This document shows, in pieces, positions 62,040 through 64,000 of a stretch of 64,000 nucleotides of DNA. Under the pieces are notes generated by a model, which searched no databases, was not told where the DNA came from, and was given only the letters and a program-made list of their open reading frames with translations. The stretch spans positions 8,541,990-8,605,989 of the forward strand of contig BDGG01000002.1 in NCBI GenBank assembly GCA_001949185.1, written 5' to 3'. Each line of letters begins with the position of its first letter. Position 1 is the first letter of the stretch. The stretch comes from Ramazzottius varieornatus (taxonomy: Eukaryota; Animalia; Tardigrada). The position numbers and the translations under genes were made by a program.

Positions 62040-62800
62040 CCGCACTAGACTCCTGTAGACTTCACATGCACCACTGACCCCGATATAAGCCAGAAATTTC
62101 TGGAGTATCCATCTCAATGGATGCCTCAATCTTTCAGGGGGTTTTTAGCTGCGGCAAGTAAATTTGTCCACGTACGCTATCTGTGAGCTATTCCTGGTGC
62201 ATCTCAGAAAACATCCAGGAGGTCAAGTATCCCAACCTACAAGCGACAGAGATCAACCAGAACGACCAGAAACAGGTGAAGCAACTAAATAAATTTTACT
62301 AATCAGCTATTCTACCTGTAGTCCTAATCTTCCAAGCTTTTACGAATTTGTCATCGGAGGAACGGTTCCGTCTTCTCCAGAAGTATCGTCTCGCGTAGAA
62401 GGCATCTGAAGAATGTTCTCCTGGTTAGCTTCCAAATCGTAATATGAACAGACGGCTTGTTGCAGATTCCTAAAATACAGTTGAAAAAATTATATATTCT
62501 GATCAATCCATCGTACGTGTCTTGATTGACAGCAACAAAGTATTTCCTGATTAGTTTGTTTCGAGTCACTTTCGACACTCACCAGTTGCTCATGTCCAGA
62601 AAAAGTTCCCAAGCGAACTTGTTGGTAGCTTTGCTGAACAAGTTCTGGAAGCGGATAAGCAGGTCCTCCTTGTCGTTGGTGTCCATGGAAGAAAAGGCAG
62701 TGAACAGATTTTTCTCACGGTCGCTCGAGTCTATTCTGCCAGCGTCTCCCGTCACCTCTTCTCCTCGCTTGTTTCGGCTCCCCTCATTCTCTAAACTTCT
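62040..62800 (-). pseudogene. ILRUN: ILRUN/C6orf106 (UBA-like plus NBR1-FW) pseudogene
   Basis: FSSMDTNDKEDLLIRFQNL...FLDMSNW|NLQQAVCSYYD, TVPP..KFVKAWKIRTTG (frameshift near 62350), T*PPGCFL (W to TGA), SIEMDTP..SGLYRGQW; introns retained. Confidence 0.8.
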
Positions 62801-63334
62801 GAACTTACAGTAGTGATGTACTCGTTGTATGAACAGGCGAACACAGGTTATTCAGCGAGTAAAAGGTGTCGAAAAACGGAAAGGATGTAAGACGCTCAGA
62901 ATAAAAGCGCTGAGAATGAGGGCCCACATTTCAGAAAGAAATTTTGATTCATGAATATGATATTTGATGACTCGTGCGGTGAGCGGGAGTGAATTTATCG
63001 ACGAAAGCAGCCCAGCGCGCCAAGCTTTGACCACGTTCTTCCTCCGCAGTTGTTCCGCCTGGCCTTTGCCACAGTTATGCCATACCGCTTCGCTAAAGTG
63101 CGGAGTGTTAGTGACGCCGTCGTGGCGCATAGCGTGTACTAAAGGTTTCACCTCGTCTGTTTCTAGCTGGGAATGCGTCAGAGCCAAGGTTTATGAGTGT
63201 TGAGAACTCTGTCTCTCGGGTTTGTCAGAGTCGTGGATAAGTGTGATACAGTGTTAGTGGAATGAAGCTTCGAATTCGGGGCAACTGCCATGGCGGCACG
63301 AACTCTCTATTTAACACTGGTTCGATCAACTGCA

Positions 63335-63780
63335 GCTGATTATATAGTAGGCTCGGCTGATTATACAGTAGGCCACGGCCGATTTTCGCCGTGGCGAAAA
63401 CGGCGAAATCGGCGAAAACGTTAGATTTGCTGTTTAGAGTGCTTTCGCTGTTAGATAGGAGCCTGAGTAGGCTTCGGGAATAGCCAACTATCAAAATTTT
63501 CAGAAATATGCCAGTTTACAAAACTCAGAAGGATATTTAAAGCGAATTTTTATTGCACCGTAAATCAAAAAGTCTCATTGTATTACGATAACAAAATGAT
63601 CTGATAGTTGCTGGTAACCGGTATTCATCTATGCATGGTGAAAAACCTTGAAGTACCATTGTCCAAAGCAAATCTAACGTTTTCGCCGAATTTCGCCGTG
63701 GCGAAAAATATTCTTCGTTACGGCGAAAATCGGCAAAAATTGATATTTTCGCTTCGCCGAGCGTACTATAGCTGATTACT
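63335..63780. repeat. Inverted-repeat element with TTTCGCCGTGGCGAAA palindromic subrepeats
   Basis: cggcgaaaacgttagatttgct (63410-63432) is mirrored at 63667-63690; multiple ggcgaaa/tttcgcc motifs. Confidence 0.65.
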
Positions 63781-64000
63781 TCACTTCCCCCGCTTTTTCG
63801 CTGTATACGCCACGACGACATTTCACAGAAAGCAAGTAACAAGCTGATCGAATCAGTTTCAAACTGAGAAAGCTCGGGGCAGCCCATGGCAGCTGCCCCG
63901 AATCTGAAGCTTCTCGCCGTCAACACTGTAGTTCGAGCGCGAAGGTACTGTCCAGGCCAAACTTCAGTCGTTGTAAGTCAGCTATGAGGGTGACAATGAT

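Overview
Eukaryotic animal DNA, not prokaryotic: about 47-48% GC by eye, compact genes with many 60-100 bp GT-AG introns. Gene content and style best fit a eutardigrade such as Ramazzottius (inference, not verified). Recognisable genes: RRP5 head-to-head with ACP6, a clan-2 cytochrome P450, an M1 aminopeptidase N, an allatostatin-C-family precursor, an IR93a-like ionotropic receptor, a GT11 alpha-1,2-fucosyltransferase, a TRH-receptor-like GPCR, a tetraspanin, a CBM14 chitin-binding protein, a stand-alone trefoil peptide and several small low-complexity or Cys-rich orphans. Two genes look horizontally acquired: a decayed fungal-type Rds1/Ferritin_2 gene and a secreted catalase-fold protein. 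There are several pseudogenes, a degenerate Ngaro/DIRS tyrosine-recombinase retroelement and many TA-flanked MITEs. The most striking unexplained structure is an intron-restricted inverted-repeat unit, CAAGTGGCGCA-N26/27-TGCGCCACTTG. It occurs as about 16 units in 8 introns of 6 unrelated genes between 3.0 and 26.5 kb, with conserved arms, a fixed-length but divergent spacer and a roughly 73-bp tandem period. Exon boundaries were read by eye and are approximate. Family assignments come from remembered motifs, not database searches.
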